A DNA stretch of 64,000 bases from the NCBI GenBank assembly GCA_040880525.1, contig JBBDIG010000045.1:9266-73265 (forward strand), read 5' to 3'. The translations under genes were made by a program, and so were the position numbers. Of this stretch, positions 47,810 through 57,865 are shown piece by piece. Within the stretch, counting starts at the first letter, position 1; every line of letters starts with the position of its first letter. The notes under the pieces are model-generated. The model was not told the DNA's origin. It saw only the letters and a program-made list of their open reading frames with translations, and did no database searches. The DNA comes from Bacteroidia bacterium (GTDB lineage Bacteria > Bacteroidota > Bacteroidia > CAILMK01 > JBBDIG01).

Positions 47810-48525
47810 TTTCTTTCTACGAAAAGTTGGGCTTCCATTTGGGAAATATACTTTTCAATATCTCCGGCTTCATTGGATTCGGGGTAATCATTTTTAATTC
47901 TTTCATACGCCTCAAGGGCTTTCTGATGTTCTCCCATTTGCACCCGCAGCAGGCCAAGTTTCTTGAGAAACATTGGGGCTGTATAACTATTCTCATCGGC
48001 TTCAACTGCTTCCTCGTAGCTGCTCACAGCTTTGTCATGATCGCCTAACTGAACATGCGCATCACCGATCAAACCATACTTGAAAGCGGATATTACCTTG
48101 CTGTCTGAGCTAAAATCTTCGAGGTAGTCCAGGGCAACCTCATACTGGCCCTGCCTCATGTAAATGATCCCTGCATAGTAGCTGGCAAGGTTTCCCGTTT
48201 TGGTATTGCTATATTTATCAGCAATGTCAACGAACCCCATATTCTGGCCATCACCGTTTAGCGCCAGGTTCAACGAATCTCTTGCAAAATAATCCTGCGC
48301 CATGAAGATATTACTTTGCGCCTCTTTCTGTGCAGGTTTTTGTATAAACTGCTGATAGCCTAAGAATCCCAGAATTCCAGCGAGGATCACAGCACCTGCA
48401 ATCATCAGCACCTGGGAATTTTCTTCTACAAACCTTTCAAACCCTGACCTTTCTTCTACCACATTCTGATGGGCTGCTTCAGGTTTTTCCTTAGTCGTTT
48501 TTGCCATTCTGATATTTAGCTTCAA
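47806..48525 (-). CDS. membrane-anchored tetratricopeptide-repeat protein
   Basis: One TM helix (VLMIAGAVILAGILGFLGY), then TPR-like repeats (…YYAGIIYMRQGQYEVALDYLE…). Stop overlaps the ribH start (ATGA). Confidence 0.75.
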   Translation of the reverse strand: MKLNIRMAKTTKEKPEAAHQNVVEERSGFERFVEENSQVLMIAGAVILAGILGFLGYQQFIQKPAQKEAQSNIFMAQDYFARDSLNLALNGDGQNMGFVDIADKYSNTKTGNLASYYAGIIYMRQGQYEVALDYLEDFSSDSKVISAFKYGLIGDAHVQLGDHDKAVSSYEEAVEADENSYTAPMFLKKLGLLRVQMGEHQKALEAYERIKNDYPESNEAGDIEKYISQMEAQLFVERK

Positions 48526-48587
48526 TAATTATAAAGAGTGCAAAAGTAGAATTTTATGCAATGATTACTCCTGCTGATTTGTAGTGT

Positions 48588-49601
48588 CTAATCTTTAAGG
48601 AAAGGATAATCCTCCTGGGCATATACGTCTTCATAAATCTGATCTGCCGAAGGATATTCAGACTCTTCGGCAAATTTTACTGCCTCCGTAATCTCCTCCT
48701 TTATCTGGCTGTCAATCTTTTCCAGGTCCGCCTCCTTTGCATATTTCTTCTCGAGGATCGTTTGCCGTATCCGCTCAATCGGATCGCGTTCCTCATACTC
48801 CTTTACTTCGTCCTTTGTACGATACTTCGCAGGATCGCTCATTGAGTGGCCTTTATAGCGGTAAGTCACAAATTCAATTAAAGTGGGACCTTCTCCTTTT
48901 CTCGCTCTGTCAACCGCTTCTTTAACGGCACCATGCACTTCCTCGCAGCTCATTCCATCCTTTTGCACTGAAGGCATTTCATAAGCACTTCCCAGTTTAT
49001 ACAGGTCCGTGACGTTGCTCACACGCTGCACAGAAGTGCCCATTGCATATTTGTTATTTTCAATAATGAATACTACCGGCAGTTTCCAGAACATCGCCAT
49101 GTTCAGCGTTTCATGAAAACTTCCCTGGCGAACGGCACCATCGCCCATATAGCAGAGGCAAACATTCTTAGTGCCTCTATACTGCTCTGCGAAGGCAATG
49201 CCTGCTCCCAACGGGATCTGAGCGCCCACAATCCCATGCCCGCCAAAGAAATTGCCTTCCTTGCTGAACATGTGCATGGATCCGCCCTTTCCTTTAGTGC
49301 ATCCTGTTACTTTCCCAAAAAGCTCTGCCATTACTGAAGCCGGTGTGAGGCCGGCAGCCAGTGCATGGCCGTGATCCCGGTAGGCGGTGATCATGGGATC
49401 GTCCTTGGTTGAAGCCGTCATAGCTCCCGCTATCAAGGCCTCCTGCCCCATATATAAATGAAGGAATCCCCGTATTTTCTGCTGGCCGTAGAGTTGGCTG
49501 CATTTATATTCGAACTTGCGGATCAACTGCATCATTTCGTACCAATACAGGTATTCCTCCTTGCCGGGTTTTTTCTTTGCTTTGAATTCAGGACGCTCCA
49601 T
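48588..49601 (-). CDS. pdhA: pyruvate dehydrogenase (acetyl-transferring) E1 component alpha subunit
   Basis: Thiamine-diphosphate motif GDGAVRQGSFHETLNMA and the YR.KGHSMSDP phosphorylation-loop region. Start at ATG 49601 (MERPEFKAKKK), giving the typical ~337 aa. Confidence 0.9.
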   Translation of the reverse strand: MERPEFKAKKKPGKEEYLYWYEMMQLIRKFEYKCSQLYGQQKIRGFLHLYMGQEALIAGAMTASTKDDPMITAYRDHGHALAAGLTPASVMAELFGKVTGCTKGKGGSMHMFSKEGNFFGGHGIVGAQIPLGAGIAFAEQYRGTKNVCLCYMGDGAVRQGSFHETLNMAMFWKLPVVFIIENNKYAMGTSVQRVSNVTDLYKLGSAYEMPSVQKDGMSCEEVHGAVKEAVDRARKGEGPTLIEFVTYRYKGHSMSDPAKYRTKDEVKEYEERDPIERIRQTILEKKYAKEADLEKIDSQIKEEITEAVKFAEESEYPSADQIYEDVYAQEDYPFLKD

Positions 49602-49911
49602 AAGGCTGTTAAAATTTAGCGGCAAAATTAGGAAAAGCATCGGACTGTAAGGGTAAGTACAAAAGCCGGAAACATGATTCCGGTAATACTGATTTTAAGG
49701 AGAAATATGGCACGTACAGTAAAGAGGCTTTATGAACGCAGGAGAGAATTGAAAGATTTACAATTCTCCTGCAGGAATATATTTAACAATTTTAAGATTT
49801 GAATTATTATGAATTTCAATATTCTGAGTTGTTCAAAAAAAGTATTGTCATCCTCTTAAAAATTTAAACATTGCCGTTTTTTTAAATCATAACAATTAAC
49901 TCAAATTTTAT

Positions 49912-50298
49912 TTAACTAAAATATTCTATAAAGTATTTACTGCGGAACAGCAGGAGTAAAATCAAAGCGTAAGTAAAAAATTCCGCACCCATTGCCAGGT
50001 ATTTCATTTTGCTTGTCATAAAGCCAAATGTTTCAATTACGCAAACCACTGCCATCATGCTATAAGCAATTGCCATGATCGCGGGTGTTTTGTCCCAGTG
50101 GGTAAAATATCCGTAAAGAAAACTTACCGAAGCAAACAAAACGGAGCTCCAATGAATGATCAGGACCCATGCCGGGAATTCGGGATTTGTAAAGGGTCTC
50201 CATGGCACCTTGTGCAGGATCATTTCGAGGAACCCGCCTACTGACCACAGCAACAAAATGCCATGCACAATGATCAAAATATAACCAATATATGCCAC
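49912..50298 (-). CDS. small integral membrane protein (4 TM, hypothetical)
   Basis: 128 aa with four hydrophobic helices; no recognisable family. Confidence 0.55.
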   Translation of the reverse strand: MAYIGYILIIVHGILLLWSVGGFLEMILHKVPWRPFTNPEFPAWVLIIHWSSVLFASVSFLYGYFTHWDKTPAIMAIAYSMMAVVCVIETFGFMTSKMKYLAMGAEFFTYALILLLLFRSKYFIEYFS

Positions 50299-50346
50299 TT
50301 CTCTTATTATTTTATCCGTTCAAATTTTGATACCAATAATAATCAT

Positions 50347-51630
50347 TTAAGTCTGAATTCCTAATATTTTGTCCATCAGGAATCGCTTTTCTTTATTGGA
50401 AAGCGTTAGCTCCTTTGCTTTTCTGAATGCAATTATTGCTTTTTCTTCCTCGCCCAGCCTTGAGTAAATTTCTCCTACTGTCGCATAATACAAATAGTAT
50501 TTTTCTAATATCTTGTCAATTTTTAATTCATTTAAGCTTTCCAACGCGGTCTCAGGTCCTTTTGCTTCCATTAAAGCAATGCAGCGGTTAAGCGAAAGAA
50601 TGGGATCAGGATATTTAAAAAGCAATGCATCATAATAATATACGATGGATTCCCAATTAGTTGACCGGTAGTTGGGAGCTATGCAATGTTCGTAAGCAAT
50701 AGCTGCCTCCAGATGATAATTTGAGATGAAACTTCCAACCGCAGCCTTGTTCAGATAGTTGTTCCCTGCATTTATCAATTCTCTGTTCCAGCTTGACCGA
50801 TCTTGTTTTTCCAAAGGAATAAGGTCTCCCTCGGCCGAAACTCTTGCTGCGCTTCTTGAGCCATGCAAACACATTAATGCCATAAGTGCGTGGGCTTCGG
50901 GCAGGTGCGTTTTGTCATTTTCGATTAAGGATTTGCACAATAACATAGATTGCGCAATCAGGTCCTCCCTGATCAAGTTATCTGAATGCGTGGAGTTATA
51001 CCCCTCATTAAAAAGCATATAGATTGTTTCCAGAACAACGCTGGTCCGGGATGATAATTCATTTTTCGAAGGAATCCGGGGTTTTATCTTTGATTTTCTG
51101 AAGTATTCTTTGGTGCGGTACAACCGCTTGGATATCGTCTGTTCCTCCGTCAAAAATGCTCTCGCAATTTCCTTTGTACTAAATCCGCAAAGAGATTTGA
51201 GAATGAAGGTTTTTTGATTTTCCTCTGAAATAGCAGGATGGCAACAGGCGTACATCATCCCAAGAAAATCGTCTTTTATATTGCTCTCCTGCCAATGATT
51301 ATTCATCGCTTCAGAAAGCGTATATTCAGATGTCAATAATTTTCTTTCCGGATCGGCAAAATCAATAATTTGATTGTGCTTATCTCTTCTGATTATGTCA
51401 ATCGCTTTATTCTTTGCAGTTCTGTATAGCCATGCCTTTGGATTATCCGGAATGCCTCTGAATTTCCAGGTTTCCATAGCAGAAAGCAAAGCATCCTGCA
51501 CTACATCTTCGGCCAATCCAAAATTTTCAGATCCGAAAATTTTTACTAAAACAGAAACCATCTTTCCGGACTCATGTCTGAAAAGATGGTTTACTGTAAG
51601 TTCAATATCGGGTGAAATTTTCAAATTCAA
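50347..51630 (-). CDS. RNA polymerase sigma-70 family factor, long form (sigma2/sigma4 plus ~230-aa C-terminal helical extension)
   Basis: EDVVQDALLSAMETWKFRGIPDNPKAWLYRTAKNKAIDIIRRDK (region 2) and GFSTKEIARAFLTEEQTISKRLYRTKEYFRK (region 4), followed by a TPR-like tail. Architecture matches the YciI/DGPF-associated sigma factors. Confidence 0.85.
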   Translation of the reverse strand: MNLKISPDIELTVNHLFRHESGKMVSVLVKIFGSENFGLAEDVVQDALLSAMETWKFRGIPDNPKAWLYRTAKNKAIDIIRRDKHNQIIDFADPERKLLTSEYTLSEAMNNHWQESNIKDDFLGMMYACCHPAISEENQKTFILKSLCGFSTKEIARAFLTEEQTISKRLYRTKEYFRKSKIKPRIPSKNELSSRTSVVLETIYMLFNEGYNSTHSDNLIREDLIAQSMLLCKSLIENDKTHLPEAHALMALMCLHGSRSAARVSAEGDLIPLEKQDRSSWNRELINAGNNYLNKAAVGSFISNYHLEAAIAYEHCIAPNYRSTNWESIVYYYDALLFKYPDPILSLNRCIALMEAKGPETALESLNELKIDKILEKYYLYYATVGEIYSRLGEEEKAIIAFRKAKELTLSNKEKRFLMDKILGIQT

Positions 51631-51971
51631 TCCATTGGTCTTATTTCCCGAATTTCAAGTGTGCAATTATGCTCAAGACCTGGACAACCTTTGGCCAATT
51701 CGGTGGCTTCGTTCAGCGATTCAGCCTTCAGGATAATGTAGCCGGCAACCAATTCTTTGCCTTCTGCAAGCGGACGGTCAATTACCCGCTTCCCGGCCTC
51801 AACTAATGATTTGCCTTCATTCATGAGGGGTTGGCCGGCCACGAATTTTCCATTTTCAGCCAGTCCCCCCATCCATTTTTGCCATTCTTGCATATGTCTT
51901 TGCATTTCCTCCGGAGATTTAAGCGAAGATACATCCTCACCACCTCGAATAATTATCAGATATTCATTCAT
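51627..51971 (-). CDS. YciI-like (DGPF/Dabb-fold) protein
   Basis: 114 aa. MNEYLIIIRGGE...GKFVAGQPL...GYIILKAESLNEATELAKGCP pattern of the YCII-related family. Overlaps the sigma factor start by 4 nt. Confidence 0.7.
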   Translation of the reverse strand: MNEYLIIIRGGEDVSSLKSPEEMQRHMQEWQKWMGGLAENGKFVAGQPLMNEGKSLVEAGKRVIDRPLAEGKELVAGYIILKAESLNEATELAKGCPGLEHNCTLEIREIRPMD

Positions 51972-51973
51972 GA

Positions 51974-52384
51974 TTATGCGTCTTTAGTTTCCATTGCACC
52001 AATTTGAGACATGATGCTCAACGGGTTCATTTCAAAATATTCGTTTGCTACTTTTCCATCCACGATTTCAAAAAGATCCATCCATGAAAAAGTAAGATCA
52101 TTGCCGGTAGCAGGAACTCCGTTGAATTCCCCAACATGTTTTCCTGACCAGTGTCCTCTGGCTACAACATGGTTTCCGTCTTCAATTAACTGGTCAATGT
52201 GATGTTTTCCCTCAAAGGCTGAAGTCATCATTTGCATCATGCCAATGTGTTCTTCCACTTCAATGGGCTGAGGACTCATTGGATTGTGAAATTTGTGGTT
52301 AGGTGCCATAAGCTTCTTTACACCCTCAAAGTTCCTGGAGTCAATACCGTTGAACCATGCCTTCGCAATTGCTTTTGCTGTCAT
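51974..52384 (-). CDS. SnoaL-like/NTF2-fold ester cyclase family protein
   Basis: 136 aa. MTAKAIAKAWFNGIDSRNFEGVKKLMAPNHKFHNP... typical of SnoaL-like polyketide-cyclase-fold proteins. Confidence 0.7.
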   Translation of the reverse strand: MTAKAIAKAWFNGIDSRNFEGVKKLMAPNHKFHNPMSPQPIEVEEHIGMMQMMTSAFEGKHHIDQLIEDGNHVVARGHWSGKHVGEFNGVPATGNDLTFSWMDLFEIVDGKVANEYFEMNPLSIMSQIGAMETKDA

Positions 52385-52916
52385 TTTTTTACTTTTTTAA
52401 TGATTAAATAAATTGTTTCAACACAGGTAAGACGAACTCCCCTTTCAAATTTAGACATTCCCATCAAAATATTTTTTCCCATTTTTCTTAAGGTCCATTG
52501 TAATTTAAAGATAGCCAGGAATTGTGAAGCACGAGGGGAAAACACAGGTTACCCGATCATACTAATGCCGGGTAACTCAGCCCGAAAAATGAATGAATAA
52601 TTTAACCTGTTGCAGCTCCCGGAAAAATACGCCTCTGCAAACGCAATTCGATACCCGGGGTGGTTTCCTAATTTATTCCTTCTTTCCTTATGACGGCTCA
52701 TCAGGAAATGCAGGTACATATCTTTTTTAAAGATCCAGTAAGAACAGGATATCGGACTGATGTGTATGCCAACCCGTTTCAGTATCCACCTTATTTCTGA
52801 AAATGTTTGTTATCGCCAGTTCGCCATTATCGGCATCATAGCAGCGGTAATATTTGATTATATTATTGATGGTGCTCATTCTGGACAAAGAAGGAAAAAT
52901 TCCCTGAAACCAGATT

Positions 52917-54074
52917 CTATTTCGAAACCAGGTCCACTACTTTCATCCACGGCACTAAATCCCCATGCCCAGTCCTCATCTGCTGCTCACCAGCGTAAAC
53001 CACCTTCGAAGTTTCAGCCGACTCACTGGTTAACTCCTGCCAATACTTTAGCCCTTTCAGGTAATTGAGCGATGGATTTTTTCCCGATTTTATTTCCACT
53101 GCAGTTATTGTTGCGCCCTGATCTATCAATAGGTCCACTTCATGGCCATGACTGTCGCGCCAGAAATAGAGGTGCGGCATTTCCCCTGCATTCAGCAATG
53201 ACTTGCGGATTTCCGTTATGACCAGGCTCTCGAAAATTTGTACGCGGGCAAAGTGATTGAGTAACTCCTCAGGCTTATTGATGAGCAACAGGCGACAGGC
53301 AAGGCCGGTATCATAGAAATAAAGTTTTGGAGATTTGGTTATCCGCTTGTTAAAATTCTTGTGATACGGCTGCAAGAGGTAGATAACATAGCTTGCCTCC
53401 AGCACAGAGAGCCAGTGTTTGATCGTATTCACGCTGGTACCGGTTTCGGTAGCCAGGGCGTTCATGTTGAGCAATTGCCCAATCCTTCCGGCACAAAGAC
53501 CAAGGAACCTGCGGAAGGTAGCAAGGTCGCCAATATTGCGGATGCTGCGTACATCCCGCTCCACATAGGTATTCAGATAGCCGTTGTAGAAAGCCTTAGG
53601 GTCAATATTTTGATCGTAGATTCTGGGATAGCTACCTTTCCAAAGATAGGTTTCCAGAGCAGGGAGCTTGCCCACATACGCCAGTTCATCCATCGAAAAG
53701 GGCAGAAGCTGGAGTATACCTGTTCTGCCCGCCAGCGATTGCGTAATTTTTTCCAGCATCAGGAAATTCTGCGACCCCGTTAGCAGAAATTTCCGCTGGG
53801 GATTTTCATCCACAATGAGTTGGATGTGCGAAAAAAGTTCGGGAACATGCTGCGCTTCATCAATAATGGCTTTTTCGCCCAATTGCGCCAGAAAAAGGGC
53901 GGGTTCATTTGTCGCCAGGTTTCTTTGGTCAGGATCTTCAAGGTTCACATAGCTCCAGCCCACAAGTGTTTTCTCCAGTGTTGATTTTCCCGATTGGCGT
54001 GGACCGGTGAGAAAAATAACAGGGAACTGGGAAACGTAATCATTAAGAACCGGATGGAGAAGCCGTGCTATCAT
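52917..54074 (-). CDS. AAA+ ATPase with C-terminal DUF4143 domain
   Basis: Walker A FLTGPRQSGKSTL near the N-terminus; 385 aa, the typical length and layout of the ATP-binding/DUF4143 family. Confidence 0.85.
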   Translation of the reverse strand: MIARLLHPVLNDYVSQFPVIFLTGPRQSGKSTLEKTLVGWSYVNLEDPDQRNLATNEPALFLAQLGEKAIIDEAQHVPELFSHIQLIVDENPQRKFLLTGSQNFLMLEKITQSLAGRTGILQLLPFSMDELAYVGKLPALETYLWKGSYPRIYDQNIDPKAFYNGYLNTYVERDVRSIRNIGDLATFRRFLGLCAGRIGQLLNMNALATETGTSVNTIKHWLSVLEASYVIYLLQPYHKNFNKRITKSPKLYFYDTGLACRLLLINKPEELLNHFARVQIFESLVITEIRKSLLNAGEMPHLYFWRDSHGHEVDLLIDQGATITAVEIKSGKNPSLNYLKGLKYWQELTSESAETSKVVYAGEQQMRTGHGDLVPWMKVVDLVSK

Positions 54075-54106
54075 AATGCAAATTTACACACTTATCCGGA
54101 AATTTT

Positions 54107-54361
54107 TCAATTCAAATGCAAATTTGCACAGGATTCCCTATCATAGCTGATCCAGGCGTTCAGTACTTCCTCCAATTTATCTTCTAAAGATGAAGCATCG
54201 CTGAAGTGATTGCTTATAAAAGCCATTGCCTTCCAAAGCTGAAGGTGCTGATCCAGGGAAATTGAAGCTGCCTGGAAATATTGATTGGCTGGTCTTAGGC
54301 TTATATTCTTTTTGTTAAGGCCAAGGCGGCCAATGTGTAGCGCATCTTTGGTTTGCGCCAT
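54107..54361 (-). CDS. possible four-helix-bundle (23S rRNA IVS-type) protein, short/possibly degraded
   Basis: 84-aa ORF from the internal ATG (MAQTKDALHIGRLGL...ISLDQHLQLWKAMAFISNHFSDASSLEDKLEEVLNAW). Only weak resemblance; the upstream in-frame 48 codons look non-coding. Confidence 0.3.
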   Translation of the reverse strand: MAQTKDALHIGRLGLNKKNISLRPANQYFQAASISLDQHLQLWKAMAFISNHFSDASSLEDKLEEVLNAWISYDRESCANLHLN

Positions 54362-54576
54362 ATAGATTTTTTCTCGTGCAGTTCGTTCAGCGAATACGCG
54401 CTGAGCCGCACCAAATTTTGACGGTAACTTTGTCAAATACTTTGAGCTGACGAGCGAACTGGAACAGGAAAACTGGATGCCTCGAGGAAGAATAAAAAGG
54501 AGCACAGGCCGATCCTTTGCTCTGGCAGAGTTTGAGTGGCCGAGCGAGGGATTAACGAGAACTGATTACTGAAAAT

Positions 54577-55035
54577 TTGATTCAGATTAAAAAAACGATG
54601 CTAAACCAAAAAGACATACGTTGGATTCAGCGCTTCAGCAAATACAAGAAGGCGCTTAGTCAACTTGAGAAGTTCATTGACAAAGGCACCCTGAACGAAC
54701 TGGAGCAACAAGGGCTGATCCAGGCATTTGAGTACACATTCGAGCTTGCCTGGAATACCATCAAAGATTTCTATGAATACCAGGGTGAGGAAGGCATCCA
54801 GGGAAGTCGGGATGCTTTTCGAATGGCTTTTAGGCGAGAGTTGATTGCAAACGGAGATGCCTGGATGGAAATGATCAAGAGCCGCCAGCTTACCGTACAC
54901 AGTTACAATGAAGAAACGGCCAATGAAATTGCTGAGCAGGTGCAGGATTCATACATTCACGAGTTCATGAAATTGAGATCAAGCTTTGAGGAAATCATTA
55001 AGAAACAAATCAGGAAGGAGAATAAGGAACAATGA
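54577..55035 (+). CDS. nucleotidyltransferase substrate-binding protein, HI0074 family (HEPN)
   Basis: 152 aa. DIRWIQRFSKYKKALSQLEKFI...IQAFEYTFELAWNTIKDFYEYQG matches the HI0074 family. Confidence 0.85.
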   Translation: MIQIKKTMLNQKDIRWIQRFSKYKKALSQLEKFIDKGTLNELEQQGLIQAFEYTFELAWNTIKDFYEYQGEEGIQGSRDAFRMAFRRELIANGDAWMEMIKSRQLTVHSYNEETANEIAEQVQDSYIHEFMKLRSSFEEIIKKQIRKENKEQ

Positions 55036-55340
55036 AATTTGGGTTGCCAGAGAAAGCATTGAAGCGGATAATCGAGGTATTCAAAAAGCATCCACAGGTG
55101 GACCAAGTGCTGCTGTACGGTTCACGTGCCAAGGGCAACTTTAAGCCTTCATCCGACATTGACCTAACCGTAATTGCCCCTGAACTGAAGTGGAAGGACA
55201 TCAACCGGATTTCGCTGGAGTTGGATGATCTCCTCCTGCCTTACTCCATTGATATTTCACTTTACCACCATATCAGCGACCCTGATGTGCTGGACCATAT
55301 TAAGCGCGTGGGGAAGAATTTTTACCAGAAAAATGGATAA
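55032..55340 (+). CDS. nucleotidyltransferase domain protein (MNT, HI0073-like)
   Basis: LYGSRAKGNFKPSSDIDLTV (GSx10DxD minimal nucleotidyltransferase motif). Overlaps the HEPN gene by 4 nt. Confidence 0.85.
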   Translation: MKFGLPEKALKRIIEVFKKHPQVDQVLLYGSRAKGNFKPSSDIDLTVIAPELKWKDINRISLELDDLLLPYSIDISLYHHISDPDVLDHIKRVGKNFYQKNG

Positions 55341-55472
55341 GAAAAGGAACGGTAATTAAACATGGCAAATGTGCGATGTTTCAAAAATCATTTTTGCATA
55401 AAATAAATGTGGAGAAACCCGTTTCACTCAAGAAAAGGACAAAAGAGCCTGTAAATTCAAATCAGACTTCAC

Positions 55473-56174
55473 CTATTCCTCAATCTCCCCATTCACAATC
55501 ATCTTGTATCCCACGCCATGCACGTTCAGCAGTTCCAGTGAGGGGTCATCCTTTATCAATTTCCGGATGCGGGTGAGATATACATCCATGCTCTTGGAGG
55601 TGAAGAAGTCATCGTCACCCCAAACGCGTTTCAGGATCTGTTGCCGCGAGATCAGGCGGTTTTTGTTCTCCTGGAATACCTGTAGCAATTCCGCCTCCTT
55701 GGCGCTTAGCTTTTTTTCTTTGCTGCCATTTTTCAGGCTACGCATATTATAATTGAAAATCAAATTTCCCATGCGGCTGTCCCAATGATACGAATTTTCT
55801 GAAACTCCTGTCCTGCTCAGCACGGCTTTAATGCGGCAAAGGAGTTCATGGAAGCTGAAAGGTTTTGTCATGTAATCATCCGCGCCAAGATCGAATCCTT
55901 TTAATTTATCATCAATCATATTTTTGGCTGTGAGAAAAATGACGGGGATATGGTGGTCTTGCTTTCTTATTTGCTTTGCCAGCGTAAATCCATCCATTTT
56001 TGGCATCATCACATCCAGGATGCAAAGCTGGAAAAGTTCCGCCCGGAATGAACGCAAACCGCTTTCTCCATCCCTGCAGATGGTAGCTTCATAACCGGCC
56101 GTCATCAGGTTCTCATTAAGGAGAAACGTCAGATTTTCATCATCATCAACCAGAAGTATTTTAGTTTTAGTCAT
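55473..56174 (-). CDS. OmpR-family response regulator
   Basis: Receiver domain (ILLVDDDENL, …LDVMMPKMDG…) plus winged-helix trans_reg_C (…YLTRIRKLI…GVGYKM). Confidence 0.9.
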   Translation of the reverse strand: MTKTKILLVDDDENLTFLLNENLMTAGYEATICRDGESGLRSFRAELFQLCILDVMMPKMDGFTLAKQIRKQDHHIPVIFLTAKNMIDDKLKGFDLGADDYMTKPFSFHELLCRIKAVLSRTGVSENSYHWDSRMGNLIFNYNMRSLKNGSKEKKLSAKEAELLQVFQENKNRLISRQQILKRVWGDDDFFTSKSMDVYLTRIRKLIKDDPSLELLNVHGVGYKMIVNGEIEE

Positions 56175-57751
56175 AAATTCAATCTATGCAGGTTTATCCG
56201 GGAGCTTCGCTTTACTTCTTTCGTTTCAATGGGCAGGCGCACAGAGAATACGGATCCTCCTCCTTTCCTGCTATTTAGCTGAACATCACCCCGATGACTT
56301 TCAATTATATTCTTTACATAACTCAATCCCAGGCCAAAACCTTTTACATCATGTTTATTGCCAGTGGAAACCCGGTAGAAGCTATCAAATATTGGTTTCT
56401 GGTGTTCCTGATTTATTCCAATACCATTATCAGAAAATTCAATTTTAATAAGATCATTTTCTTCAATAACAGAAATATTTACTTCAGGGGTTTTATCATT
56501 ATATTTTATAGCATTGTCAATCAGATTATAAAAAACATTTGAAATATGCACCGCATCGCAATTCACCATTACAACTGGCTTATAGCTTTTTACGGTAATA
56601 TTGCCATGCCTTTCACGGATCATGAGGTCAAATAAAGGTACCACCTGCCGAACAATATTATTCAGGTTACAGGGCTTCATGTTCAGCTTTACTTCAGTGC
56701 GCTCCATCATGGAAATCTCCATAATTTTTTCCACGTTTTCATCCATGCGTATATTTTCACTATTAATAATGGATAAGTATTGTCGCAATCCATTATTCCC
56801 ATTAACCAAAGACGAATTTTCTATAGTTTCAAGCGCAAGTGAAATATTGCAAATCGGGGTTTTAAATTCGTGAGTCATATTATTAATAAAGTCATTCTTT
56901 ATTACTGCAAGTTTCTTTTGCCTCAGCAAAGTACGGACGATGAGCAACACTACGGCACCCAGCAGAACCAGCACCAGAAATGAGCCCACCATTACGAACC
57001 CCATGCGCCCCAGCAGAATTTTGTTTTGGGCGGGGATCCATAGCTGCAGCTCCTGCGGGGAAAAAAACCGGCTACCCTGGTAAAATGATGATGTGAAAGG
57101 CATGGCACCGGCAAGGAGTACTTCATCCTCAAAATTCCTGAATAGAATGGAATCGTTTTGTTTGTCCTTTAATTGAAACCGGAAATCTGAAGAAATGCCC
57201 TGGTTGGATAAATTGATGGTTAAAACGGAATCAATGTAATCCAGGAAATATTTCTCGCCATTGGCATAGGTGAGGGTGACATTGCCTCGGAAAAATTGCT
57301 CCTGTTGCTTCTTCGTCATTCCCTTCAATGAATTATGCGGGTTGTCAAATTGCGTTATATGGGAATAACTGCGTGGAAAGTAATGGTATTTCACAAGGAT
57401 CTCAGCAGTGGCGGTCAGGGGAGAAGAAAAGGAATTGGTTGAAAAAAGGCTATCGCCTGTATAGGCTGCGGCAAACTGGCGGATGGTATCCATAGAAACC
57501 CCATCCGCATTTCGTTTAAGGATGAGGATATTCTCTCGCTGTTTCAGATTTATTTTATTAAAACTTTCAAGGCATGTGTAGTTGTCCTCAATTTGCGAAG
57601 TGGTGTTCTGAAGCGCCACCAATGCATCACGCCTGAAGTTTTCCTCCTGTAGTGTATATGCGTTGAAAATCCAGTAGAGCTGCGCAGAAACCACAGCGCC
57701 TACCGCGACAACCATAAGGATAAACAGAAACTGAAGTGGTTGCTTTCGCAT
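56171..57751 (-). CDS. sensor histidine kinase (periplasmic sensing domain)
   Basis: Two TM helices flanking a ~240-aa periplasmic domain. HisKA NMTHEFKTPICNISLALE, HATPase_c (FSDNGIGI…GFGLGLSYV). Overlaps the RR gene by 4 nt. Confidence 0.85.
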   Translation of the reverse strand: MRKQPLQFLFILMVVAVGAVVSAQLYWIFNAYTLQEENFRRDALVALQNTTSQIEDNYTCLESFNKINLKQRENILILKRNADGVSMDTIRQFAAAYTGDSLFSTNSFSSPLTATAEILVKYHYFPRSYSHITQFDNPHNSLKGMTKKQQEQFFRGNVTLTYANGEKYFLDYIDSVLTINLSNQGISSDFRFQLKDKQNDSILFRNFEDEVLLAGAMPFTSSFYQGSRFFSPQELQLWIPAQNKILLGRMGFVMVGSFLVLVLLGAVVLLIVRTLLRQKKLAVIKNDFINNMTHEFKTPICNISLALETIENSSLVNGNNGLRQYLSIINSENIRMDENVEKIMEISMMERTEVKLNMKPCNLNNIVRQVVPLFDLMIRERHGNITVKSYKPVVMVNCDAVHISNVFYNLIDNAIKYNDKTPEVNISVIEENDLIKIEFSDNGIGINQEHQKPIFDSFYRVSTGNKHDVKGFGLGLSYVKNIIESHRGDVQLNSRKGGGSVFSVRLPIETKEVKRSSRINLHRLNL

Positions 57752-57865
57752 ACCTCAAATATAGTTTCCAAACCGGCAATATGACTGACCAGCCCCGGAT
57801 TTTTAAGTATTTTTAAGTATTTTTTAATAGCTGTTAACCCGCAGTGCCTGCAGGTCCGGATAAAT

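Noticed and set aside
49641-49911. Hairpins (ccggaaacatgattccgg; aggagagaattg…caattctcct) in the pdhA upstream region
   Set aside because: Neither is followed by a convincing T-run in the orientation of a flanking gene end. They are recorded as possible regulatory structures but were not called as terminators.
52760-53068. 102-aa plus-strand ORF
   Set aside because: It overlaps the 3' end of the strongly supported DUF4143 ATPase gene on the opposite strand and has odd composition, so it is likely spurious.
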